Shown: positions 1 to 9,168, counted from the stretch's first letter. The stretch is 64,000 nucleotides of DNA from Nitrospiraceae bacterium (GCA_037442105.1 JBBIQV010000008.1:1-64000); one strand, 5' to 3'. Numbers and translations: made by a program. The notes: a model not told the origin generated them from the letters alone.

Positions 1-20
1 TATGTGTCTTTTCCCGTGAA

Positions 21-181
21 CCGCTTACCGGGATCCGCGTTCCGCTGCCCGCATGTCGTTATCCGCGTTCCGCTCATCGCGATCCGCGAACGGCAATCCG
101 CTATCCGCACCCCGCTGCCGGCAATCAGATTGTGGACATCGGACAACGGTTGACGGACAACGGGGAACGGAGAACGGTTCT
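21..181. repeat. Heptamer-periodic repeat array (CCGCnnn units followed by CGGnnnn units), foldback-type
   Basis: 23 consecutive 7-nt units read from position 21: ccgctta|ccgggat|ccgcgtt|ccgctgc|ccgcatg|...|cggacaa|cggggaa|cggagaa|cggttct. Confidence 0.9.
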
Positions 182-197
182 TGGCCAAGACCATCGA

Positions 198-407
198 TCA
201 TGTATGCGAGAAGAGCGGCTCCATGGAGACTTCCACGTCTTTTTTCTGCACCACTTTTGATGCATCCAGTATCTCGATCTCCAGCGGTTGTCCTTTCGCC
301 GACAGATGCACGATGACTCCTTCGGCAATATCCCTGGAATCTTCGGGCTTCCCTTCGCGTAACTGAATGGTGAGGACATCCGCATCAGGCGAGTATGCGA
401 TCTTCAT
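198..407 (-). CDS. DUF2283-family protein (putative antitoxin), 69 aa
   Basis: MKIAYSPDADVLTIQLREGKPEDSRDIAEGVIVHLSAKGQPLEIEILDAS matches the DUF2283 pattern (Y...D.L.I......S......V.......G....IEI..AS); GGAGGAGG RBS just upstream. Confidence 0.85.
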   Translation of the reverse strand: MKIAYSPDADVLTIQLREGKPEDSRDIAEGVIVHLSAKGQPLEIEILDASKVVQKKDVEVSMEPLFSHT

Positions 408-578
408 ACATTCCTCCTCCCTTGAAATACCGTTCGGCGACAGGATTATAGACGGTGATCGCGCCATTCTGTCCAAGGCGTGGAAGGTTAGAAGAACCTT
501 CAGCGTCTTGCCTTCCGCCATGATGTTGTACACCCGTCCACGTTCATGAGGCTGGGTCGAAAGGACGGTGAGCTTCAT
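385..578 (-). pseudogene. DUF4258-like (RelE/BrnT-fold) toxin with internal deletion and frameshift
   Basis: N-terminus ...VLLTFHALDRMA in one frame; C-terminus ITVYNPVAERYFKGGGMYEDRILA* (459->385) in another frame overlapping the DUF2283 start; the middle is missing. Confidence 0.7.
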
Positions 579-637
579 TTTCGTTGACGTTTTTGTAAGA
601 GCATCCGCTCATGCTCAAAGATTATGCACCAGGGTCC

Positions 638-676
638 CTAACCCACATTATTTATGAGCGCTTCTGCTGCAATTGC
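638..676 (-). mobile_element. Degenerate single end of the MITE family seen at 15444 and 19810
   Basis: ctaacccacattatttatgagcgcttctgctgcaattgc is nearly identical to the reverse complement of the right end of the 15444 element (ctagcgcgcattattcatgagcacttctgctgcaatcgc). Confidence 0.75.
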
Positions 677-706
677 CGAATGCTGTCCCCCAAATCGGCT
701 CGGCAA

Positions 707-1813
707 TTATAGAGCCTTTACCTCATACCGCCCATTCCCCCACACCGCATACTTCCCCACATGCGTGTACTGCCCCAAGATCAGCAACGGCAGAAACTCT
801 TCTACGTCCCCCTCGTAGGTCACCTCGCCGACAAAGCCGCCCATGTCGTGTGAGAGACCGGTCTTCCACGAACGGCGGTCGCGGTCTTCCCAACGCACCT
901 TGCAGCTTACGGTTCGGACGGCTTCCGCTCGTTCGCCGAACGCTTTGAACTCCACATCGAGCGCGTCATCACAGTAGAAATGCGCCAACGCGTTGACCCG
1001 GTCGCGCAGGCGCTTGATGAGATGATGAAACTCGGGACGGGTGACGATCTTGCCGTCGGCTTTGAGATGCGTGGGGGTGAGGAAGCGAATTGTGATCCGC
1101 AGACCGCGATCCGCGAACCGCATTCCGCTTTCCGCTGCCCGCGGACCGCGGATGGCAGATAACGGAGAGCGGTGCGCGGGCTGCGGACTGCGGGCTGCGG
1201 ACAGCAACGAGGCGAGGCGGCGGCAGTCATCGAAGGTGAGACGGGATGGAGAAGGGCGGACCAAGCTGTCGCTGCCGGAATAGACTTCGACGGTTGCGCT
1301 ATCAGCGGCCGGCGGTCCGTTGTCCGTCAGAGCGGAATGCGGGGTGCGGGCGGCGGACAGCGGATTCAGTTGCAGCACTTGCTTGATTGTGTAACGTCCT
1401 CGGCCAAGACCGATGCCTTGGTCGCCGAGTTCACGGAACGTGACCAGGAAGTAGGAAAAATAATCGAGCGCCTTGCCGATGAGGATCAGGTCAAAGAAAA
1501 GGGCCTCGCCTGGCCGGGCCATCGTTTCGATGCCGTTCGGCGGACGCAACACGAAGGGGCGGGGGATGTCTTGGTTCAAGCTCAGCCGGTCGCTGCCCGG
1601 CGGAGGGGTCGGCTCAAAGATCTGCCCATACGGACAGGTGGCTTTCAGGCGGCAGGTGTCACGACACTCGTGTGGCGTCGGGCAGACGAGCTTCTTGAAT
1701 GTGGACCCGAAGGCGCCGCGCAACGTGTTGCCGGGATTGCGAGGGTGGAGGGCCAGCCGGTTTTTCGGCTCCAGTACAAAGCGAAATCGCGCGAGTGAGA
1801 ATGCATGGAGCAT
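707..1813 (-). CDS. cas6: CRISPR-associated RAMP endoribonuclease Cas6 (Cys-rich DUF2276-like subtype) carrying two in-frame repeat insertions
   Basis: TLRGAFG; Cys cluster CPTPHECRDTCRLKATCPY; PRPFVL; GIGLGRGRY; IRFLTP; MGGFVG; C-terminal G-rich loop HVGKYAVWGNG. Start taken at MLHAFSL (1813); the ORF is open to 1873. Confidence 0.9.
   Translation of the reverse strand: MLHAFSLARFRFVLEPKNRLALHPRNPGNTLRGAFGSTFKKLVCPTPHECRDTCRLKATCPYGQIFEPTPPPGSDRLSLNQDIPRPFVLRPPNGIETMARPGEALFFDLILIGKALDYFSYFLVTFRELGDQGIGLGRGRYTIKQVLQLNPLSAARTPHSALTDNGPPAADSATVEVYSGSDSLVRPSPSRLTFDDCRRLASLLSAARSPQPAHRSPLSAIRGPRAAESGMRFADRGLRITIRFLTPTHLKADGKIVTRPEFHHLIKRLRDRVNALAHFYCDDALDVEFKAFGERAEAVRTVSCKVRWEDRDRRSWKTGLSHDMGGFVGEVTYEGDVEEFLPLLILGQYTHVGKYAVWGNGRYEVKAL
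1097..1201. repeat. In-frame heptamer hairpin inside cas6 (15 units, 105 nt = 35 codons)
   Basis: ccgcaga|ccgcgat|ccgcgaa|ccgcatt|ccgcttt|ccgctgc|ccgcgga|ccgcgga ... gagcggt|gcgcggg|ctgcgga|ctgcggg|ctgcgga. Confidence 0.9.
1296..1365. repeat. Second heptamer hairpin inside cas6 (~10 units)
   Basis: gcgctat|cagcggc|cggcggt|ccgttgt|ccgtcag|agcggaa|tgcgggg|tgcgggc|ggcggac|agcggat; encodes PLSAARTPHSALTDNGPPAADSA on the minus strand. Confidence 0.8.
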
Positions 1814-1971
1814 GCGCTGGCTCTTCCGGAAGTCCGGCCTGAGTCGGAACGGGCTTGAACCTAGCAACTCCACCTAGGCCTGTCAAGGCATCAGCCGCCT
1901 CCTGCCTCCCTTGCTTGCGGTTTTGAGCCGATGATAAGATTCCGGCAGATCCTATTAGGAGTCACCCAGCT

Positions 1972-2238
1972 ATGCCGAATATCACGTTGTTGTATTCGCC
2001 GACCTGCGGAGCCTGCCCGTCGGCCAAAAGCCTGTGGAAAGCGCTGCGGGTGAAGTACAGTTTTTCCTATCGCGAGGTGGACATCACCACGCAAGACGGC
2101 CAGGAGCTGGCGAATCGCCACTCGGTCCGAGCCGTGCCGGCCACGATTATCGACGGGCGTTTGACCTTCATCGGTGTGCCGAGTCGTCAGAGCGCGGAGA
2201 AGGCGCTCGAACTGAAAATGAAGCAACGACAAGGGTAG
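1972..2238 (+). CDS. Small thioredoxin/glutaredoxin-like protein
   Basis: SPTCGAC (CxxC), cis-Pro motif RAVPATIIDG, FIGVP; AGGAG RBS. Confidence 0.9.
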   Translation: MPNITLLYSPTCGACPSAKSLWKALRVKYSFSYREVDITTQDGQELANRHSVRAVPATIIDGRLTFIGVPSRQSAEKALELKMKQRQG

Positions 2239-2252
2239 AGGACACACCACTC

Positions 2253-2414
2253 ATGGCGCCGAACGAAGACGAGTATGAGCTGCCTCCCTTACCGGTGATC
2301 GACAAGGGGCCACCGCCGGACTGCCCGATCTGCGGCGATCCGATGGCGTTCATCGACGGAGACTGGGCCTGTGTGGATTGCAACGGCGAATTGCTCGGTC
2401 CGGAAACGGGGTAG
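2253..2414 (+). CDS. Small zinc-ribbon protein, 53 aa
   Basis: MAPNEDEYELPPLPVIDKGPPPDCPICGDPMAFIDGDWACVDCNGELLGPETG has two CxxC pairs; GAGG RBS. Confidence 0.7.
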   Translation: MAPNEDEYELPPLPVIDKGPPPDCPICGDPMAFIDGDWACVDCNGELLGPETG

Positions 2415-2518
2415 CGATAAGTGATGGGTGATGCGTGAGGTGTGATCTGTTATAGGCGGGGATGGCAGGCCGCCTCCCAAGCTTTTATCGTCACCCATCA
2501 CCGATCACTCATCACGGT
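2414..2518. repeat. Heptamer foldback element, GTGA/TCAC subtype
   Basis: gcgataa|gtgatgg|gtgatgc|gtgaggt|gtgatct|gttatag ... tcaccca|tcaccga|tcactca|tcacggt. Confidence 0.85.
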
Positions 2519-2523
2519 CTCTC

Positions 2524-5500
2524 ATGCTTCGCATCCTCACCGGTCCCTTCCATCCCGACCTCGAAGCCGCACTCGTCGAGGATATTCGGCGCCTCAAGGC
2601 TGCGGATTCCTTTGCTCCCCTCACCATCGTCGTTCCATCCGAATCGCTCCGGGGCCGGCTTAAGCGGTTGCTCTGCATCGAGTCGGGACTCGCCCTCCTC
2701 GATGTACAAGTCCTGACCTTTTACCAGTTCGCCCTCCGCCTGTTGATGGAAGCCGACTCCTTCGATCCCTCCACCGTCCATCGAGAATTGTTCTTCAGGG
2801 AAGTGGTGCATCACCTCTTGCGGCTCCACTGTCCGGCCCCTCACTGGTCTGCTCTCACGGAGATGCCCGGCGCGTGGGGCGCACTCCTTGCCACCCTGAG
2901 AGATTTGAAAGACGCGCGCGTGGAAGTGGAGCGGGCCATCGAGGCACTGCACCTCAGTCAAGTCGGTCTTGAGCCTGCAGTCAAGGCCGTGCTCCTGTTC
3001 CACCAGCGGTTTCTGGCGGAGAAGGGACGGCTGCACGCATTGGACGAGGACGATCTCGCGGTCTTTGCGATCGAGCACGTTGAAGCCTCTGCCTTCCTGT
3101 CCCGCCAGCAACGACTTTTCTATTTCGGCTTTTACGATTTGACGCAGGTCCAGCTCGATCTATTCCAGTCAGTGTCGCGTGCCTACCCGACCACCTTGTA
3201 TTTCCCGCTGGTCAAAGGCCATCAGGCCTATAGGTTTGCAGAGAAATTCTTCGAGCGCTACATCTATGGGCTGGTTGCCCATGCGTCCGACGTGGTCACG
3301 GCTGTCCCGTGCGGCGAATCCGCGCATCCGTTGTCCAATCTCTTCGCTTCCGACAGTGCGTCAGTCGCGACGCCAACGTCAATCGGTTCCGGTCCGACGG
3401 TTCGTATCCTTTCTGTCTCCGGACCGATCGACGAGGCGACCATCGTGGCCAAGGATATCCTGGGACTCGTTGAGGAGCGGGGATACGGATTTCAGGAGAT
3501 CGGCGTCGTCGCCCGCACGTTATCCGGCTACGAATCGGTCATCCCGCGGGTCTTCGATCAACATGGGATTCCGTTCACCTCGACGATGGGACGGTCTCTG
3601 GCCGAGTTTCCACTGGTCAAGACGGCGCTCGAACTGCTCGACATTCGCGCGACGGGCTTTCAACGGGAGCCCGTCATCGGCGTGCTTTCTTCTCCCTACT
3701 TTCGTTGGCCTGCCTCCTTAGGCCCTGAAGGGGAGCCGCGTCCAGACCTCTGGGACATGGCGGCGAGGCGGCTCGGCATCACCAAAGGTCTTGAAGAATG
3801 GCGGCGGCTGGCGAACTTTCTGCACAAGGATTTACCGCTTCGAGAATCGGAGGAAGAAGACCTCACTGGTCCACGAGTCCCCGCGCAACAGATCCGCATG
3901 CTCTGGCATGAGGTCTCGCGGATAGCGGACAGGCTGGCGGCGGTTCAGGAGACCAGCACCTGGAACGATTATGCCGCACAGGTTCTCGCGCTGTACGATG
4001 GGTTTCTTGACCCTCAAGCTGCTCCATCGCCTGACGCGGTGTCCACATTCCCGGATGAAACCTTCGAAACGTTTCGAGATGGCCTACAAGAGTTGGGGCG
4101 GTTGGGTGAAATCCAACCCGAGGTGTCTCTGGACGACTTCCTTGCCGCGCTCCATCGGCTCGTGGAGGAGCGGGTATTGCCGATCGGAGCGGGTGAGGGA
4201 ATCGGCGTGCAGGTGCTCGATGCGATGGCGGCGCGCGGAATGTCCTTTCGCGCGTTGTATGTGCTGGGGCTGAACGAGAAAGTCTTCCCCCGTCACATTC
4301 ACGAAGACGCGTTTCTGCGTGACCGCGTGCGGCGATTGCTCGAAGTCGACCTGGGGTTCAAGATCCAGGAAAAACTCGCCGGGTATGACGAAGAACGGCT
4401 GCTGTTCTATCTCCTCTGCAACTCGGCGCGAGGGCAGGTGACCCTGTTGTATCAGCGCGGCGATGCAGCGGGGCGCCCGCTGGTCCCTTCCGGCTATCTC
4501 GATGAAGTGAAACGGCTGCTCGGTGTAGCGGAACAACCGGTGCCCAGACGCGTGAGCAGAAAATTCGAGGAGCTGCCCCAGTACCAAGCTGAACGTCTCA
4601 CGGTTCCCGAACTGACGATGAAACTGCTCCTGGATCGGCGGGTGCCGCGTCGATTGCTCCAAGTGCTTCATCCGGCCGGGGGGGTGATAGAGCGAAGCCT
4701 GCATACCCTCCGGCTTCAGGAAAGCGGGGAGAACCGGCTCGGCCCTCACGATGGCGTGACGGGATTGCTGGAGAATTTCTGGCAGGGAGTGAAGGCCCAC
4801 GGCATTTCGCCCTCCGCGTTGCAAGAGTATGCGATCTGCCCCTTTCGATATTTTTCCGGCTATGTCTTGCGGCTCGAATCTCCGGCGATGCCGGACGCTT
4901 TGGACGTCGTGGGTCCGCTGGAGATTGGACAGCTCATCCACAGGATTTTGCGAGGCTGCCTCGAAATGCTGCGCGAGCAGGGTTATTTCGCCCGACCTTC
5001 TCGGCAGTCGGTTGATCCCCTCGCTATCTTGGACGGCGTAAGCCGGTCGGTCTTCGACGAATACGCCCAATCCCATCCCATCGGCTATCCCCTCCTGTGG
5101 GAATTGCATCAGGAGCGCATCCTCACGTGTCTACGACAAGTGCTGCAGGCGGATCTTGCTGAACTCTCGACCGGCTGGGAACCGGTCTTGTTCGAGCAAA
5201 CGGTCACGGGACGGTTGTCTGTGAGCCTCCCGGAAGGGATTGAAGACGTTCCGCTGAACGGACGGCTGGATCGCGTGGATTGGTCGCCCGCTCTCCATGC
5301 CTACCGGATCATCGATTACAAGTACAAGGCCTCCAATGTGCCGTCGTCGCTGGAAAAGAACCTGAAACTTGCCGCCGTGCGGGCAGCTCGCCTGCAACCG
5401 CCGCTGTACTTAGTGATGGCGCAAGCGACCCTGCCGGCGGAATTGCCCGCCGGCGCCTCCGATGCTCCACCGGTATGTGAAGGGGTCTGGTTTTATTATG

Positions 5501-5838
5501 TGGCGCCCAACTGGGATGAGATGCTCACGCGCACCTCGTTTCCCGGCGATGCCTGGACCTCCGACTTGAAGCAGCCGATGATGCGTGCCCTGCAACAAAT
5601 CATGGGCGGCATTCGCGCGGGCCGGTTTTTCATCTCTCCCGGTACCCTCTGCGAATATTGCGACTATCGGCTCCTGTGTCGCAAGACGCACCAGCCGACA
5701 TCCTGGCGGGCGCGTATGGATCACGGACTCGTGCGGCCGTATCGGGAGTTGCGGCGCGCTCGTCTTGCGGAAGCGCCGGCGGAAGAGACTGCTGTTCGCC
5801 GGAACAACCGAACGGCCGGAGCGCCGAGGAAACCGTAA
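2524..5838 (+). CDS. addB: AddB-like helicase/nuclease subunit (inactive helicase fold plus C-terminal PD-(D/E)XK nuclease with Fe-S Cys motif)
   Basis: SPSALQEYAICPFRYF ... GRLDRVD ... IIDYK ... CEYCDYRLLC; stop overlaps the next start (TAATG). Confidence 0.85.
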   Translation: MLRILTGPFHPDLEAALVEDIRRLKAADSFAPLTIVVPSESLRGRLKRLLCIESGLALLDVQVLTFYQFALRLLMEADSFDPSTVHRELFFREVVHHLLRLHCPAPHWSALTEMPGAWGALLATLRDLKDARVEVERAIEALHLSQVGLEPAVKAVLLFHQRFLAEKGRLHALDEDDLAVFAIEHVEASAFLSRQQRLFYFGFYDLTQVQLDLFQSVSRAYPTTLYFPLVKGHQAYRFAEKFFERYIYGLVAHASDVVTAVPCGESAHPLSNLFASDSASVATPTSIGSGPTVRILSVSGPIDEATIVAKDILGLVEERGYGFQEIGVVARTLSGYESVIPRVFDQHGIPFTSTMGRSLAEFPLVKTALELLDIRATGFQREPVIGVLSSPYFRWPASLGPEGEPRPDLWDMAARRLGITKGLEEWRRLANFLHKDLPLRESEEEDLTGPRVPAQQIRMLWHEVSRIADRLAAVQETSTWNDYAAQVLALYDGFLDPQAAPSPDAVSTFPDETFETFRDGLQELGRLGEIQPEVSLDDFLAALHRLVEERVLPIGAGEGIGVQVLDAMAARGMSFRALYVLGLNEKVFPRHIHEDAFLRDRVRRLLEVDLGFKIQEKLAGYDEERLLFYLLCNSARGQVTLLYQRGDAAGRPLVPSGYLDEVKRLLGVAEQPVPRRVSRKFEELPQYQAERLTVPELTMKLLLDRRVPRRLLQVLHPAGGVIERSLHTLRLQESGENRLGPHDGVTGLLENFWQGVKAHGISPSALQEYAICPFRYFSGYVLRLESPAMPDALDVVGPLEIGQLIHRILRGCLEMLREQGYFARPSRQSVDPLAILDGVSRSVFDEYAQSHPIGYPLLWELHQERILTCLRQVLQADLAELSTGWEPVLFEQTVTGRLSVSLPEGIEDVPLNGRLDRVDWSPALHAYRIIDYKYKASNVPSSLEKNLKLAAVRAARLQPPLYLVMAQATLPAELPAGASDAPPVCEGVWFYYVAPNWDEMLTRTSFPGDAWTSDLKQPMMRALQQIMGGIRAGRFFISPGTLCEYCDYRLLCRKTHQPTSWRARMDHGLVRPYRELRRARLAEAPAEETAVRRNNRTAGAPRKP

Positions 5839-8800
5839 TGGCGACCCTGATCGACACAGACGCGCGCGCTCGGGCCGCCACTGCGACGGATCGAAACATC
5901 GTGGTGACGGCCGGGGCGGGAACCGGAAAGACCACGTTACTCGTCGAACGCTTGATCCATCTCCTGCTGCACCGGCCTGAGCCGCTGGAGATCGGGCACA
6001 TCGTGGCATTGACGTTTACGAACAAAGCTGCGAGCGAAATGAAGCTGCGACTCCGCGATCGGCTCATCGGACTGCGCGAGAACGCGGCGGCACGCCGGGC
6101 TGTCGCGGAGCTGGAAAAGAGCCAGATCGGAACCATCCACAGTTTTGCCGCGCACTTGCTCCGCCTCTATCCGATCGAGAGCGGCGTGGACCCAGCCTTT
6201 CAACAGGACGAAGGAGATCGGTTCAAGGAGTACTTCGATCGGGAGTGGACGCTCTGGTTGGACGTCGAACTTGGGAGCGGGGGAGCCCACCACGAGGTCT
6301 GGCGCGATGCTCTCCGGACGTTACGCCTGGACGATCTCCGAACATTTGCGTCCCGTCTTGCCGGAGAGCTTATTCCGCTCGACCAACCGGTCGAAATGCT
6401 CGACGGGACGGAACTTCCAGCAGCGATTCGTTTGTGGCTCACTGAACATTCCTTGCGAGCCAAGGTTCTGCGGCAGGCTCATCCGAAGGCCAATACGCTC
6501 GAACTCATGCTGGAAGAGGCGGCGGCTTACCTGCAATGCGAGGCGGAGGGCCGTACCCAGGGACGGAATGCACAGGCTGCACTCGATCGATTGGACCGCA
6601 AGCCGCCGGCTATCACCAAAACTTGGTCCGAGGAGGACCATGCGGAAGCCGTCCGTATTCTGAAGGTCGCCAATGCTTGCAGGAAGGTCAGGTCTGGAGC
6701 GCTGCGTCCGCTGCTGCAACTGTTCATCCCCTTTGCGAGGCAATGCCGCGACGGTTTCTTGCAGACCGGGTACGTCTCCTTTGACGGACTTCTGGCGCGG
6801 GCCCGCAACCTCTTACGGGACCATCCGCTCATCCGGCGGCACTTGAAGGCGCAGTTCCGATCGATCCTGGTGGATGAGTTTCAGGATACAGATCCGGTGC
6901 AGTACGAAATGATTCTCTATTTGGCCGAAGCTCCCGGCCAGGAGGTCGCTGATTGGCGACAGGTGCGGTTGGAGCCGGGCAAGCTGTTCATCGTGGGTGA
7001 TCCCAAGCAGTCGATCTACGCTTTCCGCCGTGCCGACATGGAAGCGTACGACACCGTGGTTGAAGATCTGGTGCTGGCGCAGAGTCAACCGGGCGAGCGG
7101 CACACGCTCCAGACGAATTTTCGCAGCCATCACGGATTGATCGCCACGGCGAATGCGCTCTTCGCGCGGATTTTTCCCGGAACCCCGGTCAAAGGATTGC
7201 AGCCGCAGCACGATCCGCTCTTGCCTTACGAGCCACGCGCGCGGCTTCTGTCGCATGAGGGAATCGAAGTCCGATTAGTCAAACCGGAGGAGCCTGATGC
7301 GGATGCCGATACGGCGAGCCGCGCCGAGGCGGAGGAACTTGCCCGCTGGTTGAGCGAGGAGGTGCTGGGACGGGAAGAAATCATGGAGGGACAGGTTTCC
7401 GTCAAGGTCAAACCGGGGCATGTGGCGATGCTGTTCCGATCCTTGACCAACATGAGGGATTATCTCGAAGCCTTCCGCCGTTTCGACATCCCCTGTCTGA
7501 CGGAAGGCGAGAAACACTTTTACGAGCGGCAGGAAATCATCGACGCGATCAATCTCCTTCGCGCGATCGTGAACCCTCACGACCGTCTGGCCCTGGCCGG
7601 CGTGCTGCGATCCTCTCTTGGCGGCGTCACCGATCGTGAAATTGAAGCGCTGGCGCGCGGCAATCTGCTGGATTATCGTATTGCACACGACCTGCCTGGC
7701 CATGAGGCTGAGATCGCCCGCGCGTCTGATGCTGTGCTGCCGCTCTATGCGTTGCTCCGTTCGCTCCATGATGAACTTCCACGCCTTCCCCTCACGGACG
7801 TCATGGATACGGTTCTGGCCAAAGTCCCCTTGGTTGAACTCGCAACCGCTTCGTTGGATCGCGAGCAGGCTGCCGCCAATCTGTACAAGCTGCGCGGCAT
7901 CATGGCTGAGCTGGCGACACGCCCGTCTCTCACATTTCGTGGGCTGGTAGAGGAACTCACCCATCGGGCCATCGCGCTTCCTGAAGAAACCGAAAGTTCG
8001 TTGACGGAAGAACAGTCCGAGGAGAGGGAACAGCAGGGCGCAGTCCGACTCCTCAGCATTCACAAGGCCAAAGGGCTGGAATTCCCGGTCGTGATCCTGG
8101 CCGGACTTCACCGTGGGACGGAGCGCCGCGAGCCGTGCGTGCTCGTTCAGCATGATTGGTCTTCCGGAATCCTCGGTTTGCGGCTCGGCGATCTGCAGAC
8201 CTTCGGCGGTCTCTATGTCGGCAGTAAACTCGCACAGCGTCAGCGGGCCGAGCAGAGCCGGGTCTTGTACGTCGCCATGACGAGGGCGAAACGCCGGTTG
8301 ATTCTGTCCGCCGGTCTTCCCAAGAAGCCTCCGGGCGACAGTTTTCTTTCGCTCATCGCGCAGCAGCTCGCTTGCGACATCGAGGCTCCGGTCGCCGGCG
8401 CGACCACCATCCCGGTTGGTGAAGGGCGGGTAAGCCTACATGTGCGAGAGGGCGCGACGGTTCCCTTCCAAGGCCTGATGCAACGAGAAGATCGCTGGGT
8501 CGAATCGACCGAAGAGGTATCGAGAATTGAGCAGCAATGGCGCAGGCGATGGCGCCGGCGAGAGGAGGCCATCCAACGGCCGATTTTTGTCAGTCCTACG
8601 GCGCTCCAGATTGAGGTAAGCGACAAAGCAGGCGTCCGCCGTCGGTCGGTGAACGAGCGTCAACCGGACGAGGCCCGCCTGATCGGGACCTTAGCCCATC
8701 GGGTGTTGGAGGGATGGGACTACCGGGAGGATCCGAAGAGGCTGGACGATCGGGTTGTGGCTGTCTGTCAGAGGGCGATCTTTTCCGAAGGGGGGAGGGG

Positions 8801-9155
8801 AGCAGATCGGATCGAAGCAGAGCTGCGAAGAGTCTTTGCGAGGTTTATCGGGTCGGAGGCCTATTGCCGACTGACTCAGGCGACGATCATCGGCCAGGAG
8901 GTGCCGTTCAGCATTCCCTGGGAAGGAGATCAGATCATGAGCGGTATCCTGGATCTGCTCTACCGTCTTGACGGCAAGCTCTGGATTGCCGACTATAAGA
9001 CCGATGATGTGCCGGTCGAGGGAGTGCCAGCGCGCATTGAACGCTACCGGGAGCAGGCCCGCATCTATTTGAAAGCGGTCGTGGACAGCACCGGGCAGCC
9101 GGCGGAAGGGTTTCATCTGATCTTTATCCGCCACGGGATTCTGGCGAAGATGTGA
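5838..9155 (+). CDS. addA: AddA-like UvrD helicase/nuclease
   Basis: AGAGTGKT, TFTNKAA, TIHSF, LVDEFQDT, VGDPKQSIYAFR, NFRS, SIHKAKGLEF, YVAMTRA, C-terminal GILDL...IADYKT; start at MATLID. Confidence 0.9.
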   Translation: MATLIDTDARARAATATDRNIVVTAGAGTGKTTLLVERLIHLLLHRPEPLEIGHIVALTFTNKAASEMKLRLRDRLIGLRENAAARRAVAELEKSQIGTIHSFAAHLLRLYPIESGVDPAFQQDEGDRFKEYFDREWTLWLDVELGSGGAHHEVWRDALRTLRLDDLRTFASRLAGELIPLDQPVEMLDGTELPAAIRLWLTEHSLRAKVLRQAHPKANTLELMLEEAAAYLQCEAEGRTQGRNAQAALDRLDRKPPAITKTWSEEDHAEAVRILKVANACRKVRSGALRPLLQLFIPFARQCRDGFLQTGYVSFDGLLARARNLLRDHPLIRRHLKAQFRSILVDEFQDTDPVQYEMILYLAEAPGQEVADWRQVRLEPGKLFIVGDPKQSIYAFRRADMEAYDTVVEDLVLAQSQPGERHTLQTNFRSHHGLIATANALFARIFPGTPVKGLQPQHDPLLPYEPRARLLSHEGIEVRLVKPEEPDADADTASRAEAEELARWLSEEVLGREEIMEGQVSVKVKPGHVAMLFRSLTNMRDYLEAFRRFDIPCLTEGEKHFYERQEIIDAINLLRAIVNPHDRLALAGVLRSSLGGVTDREIEALARGNLLDYRIAHDLPGHEAEIARASDAVLPLYALLRSLHDELPRLPLTDVMDTVLAKVPLVELATASLDREQAAANLYKLRGIMAELATRPSLTFRGLVEELTHRAIALPEETESSLTEEQSEEREQQGAVRLLSIHKAKGLEFPVVILAGLHRGTERREPCVLVQHDWSSGILGLRLGDLQTFGGLYVGSKLAQRQRAEQSRVLYVAMTRAKRRLILSAGLPKKPPGDSFLSLIAQQLACDIEAPVAGATTIPVGEGRVSLHVREGATVPFQGLMQREDRWVESTEEVSRIEQQWRRRWRRREEAIQRPIFVSPTALQIEVSDKAGVRRRSVNERQPDEARLIGTLAHRVLEGWDYREDPKRLDDRVVAVCQRAIFSEGGRGADRIEAELRRVFARFIGSEAYCRLTQATIIGQEVPFSIPWEGDQIMSGILDLLYRLDGKLWIADYKTDDVPVEGVPARIERYREQARIYLKAVVDSTGQPAEGFHLIFIRHGILAKM

Positions 9156-9168
9156 GAGGAGGGGAACC

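Noticed and set aside
198..578. 126-aa ORF as a genuine single protein
   Set aside because: Better explained as a deletion-derived fusion of a toxin stump to an intact DUF2283 gene with its own RBS.
1..2520. CRISPR array near cas6
   Set aside because: The repeats here are contiguous degenerate 7-mers. There are no ~25-40 nt identical repeats separated by unique spacers.
5658..5837. N-terminal extensions given by the ORF track (addA, and similarly RTX from 21619, kelch from 31089, flrB from 52332, 12474, 13558)
   Set aside because: They overlap neighbouring genes and lack family motifs. Downstream starts have an RBS, translational coupling or a family-typical N-terminus.
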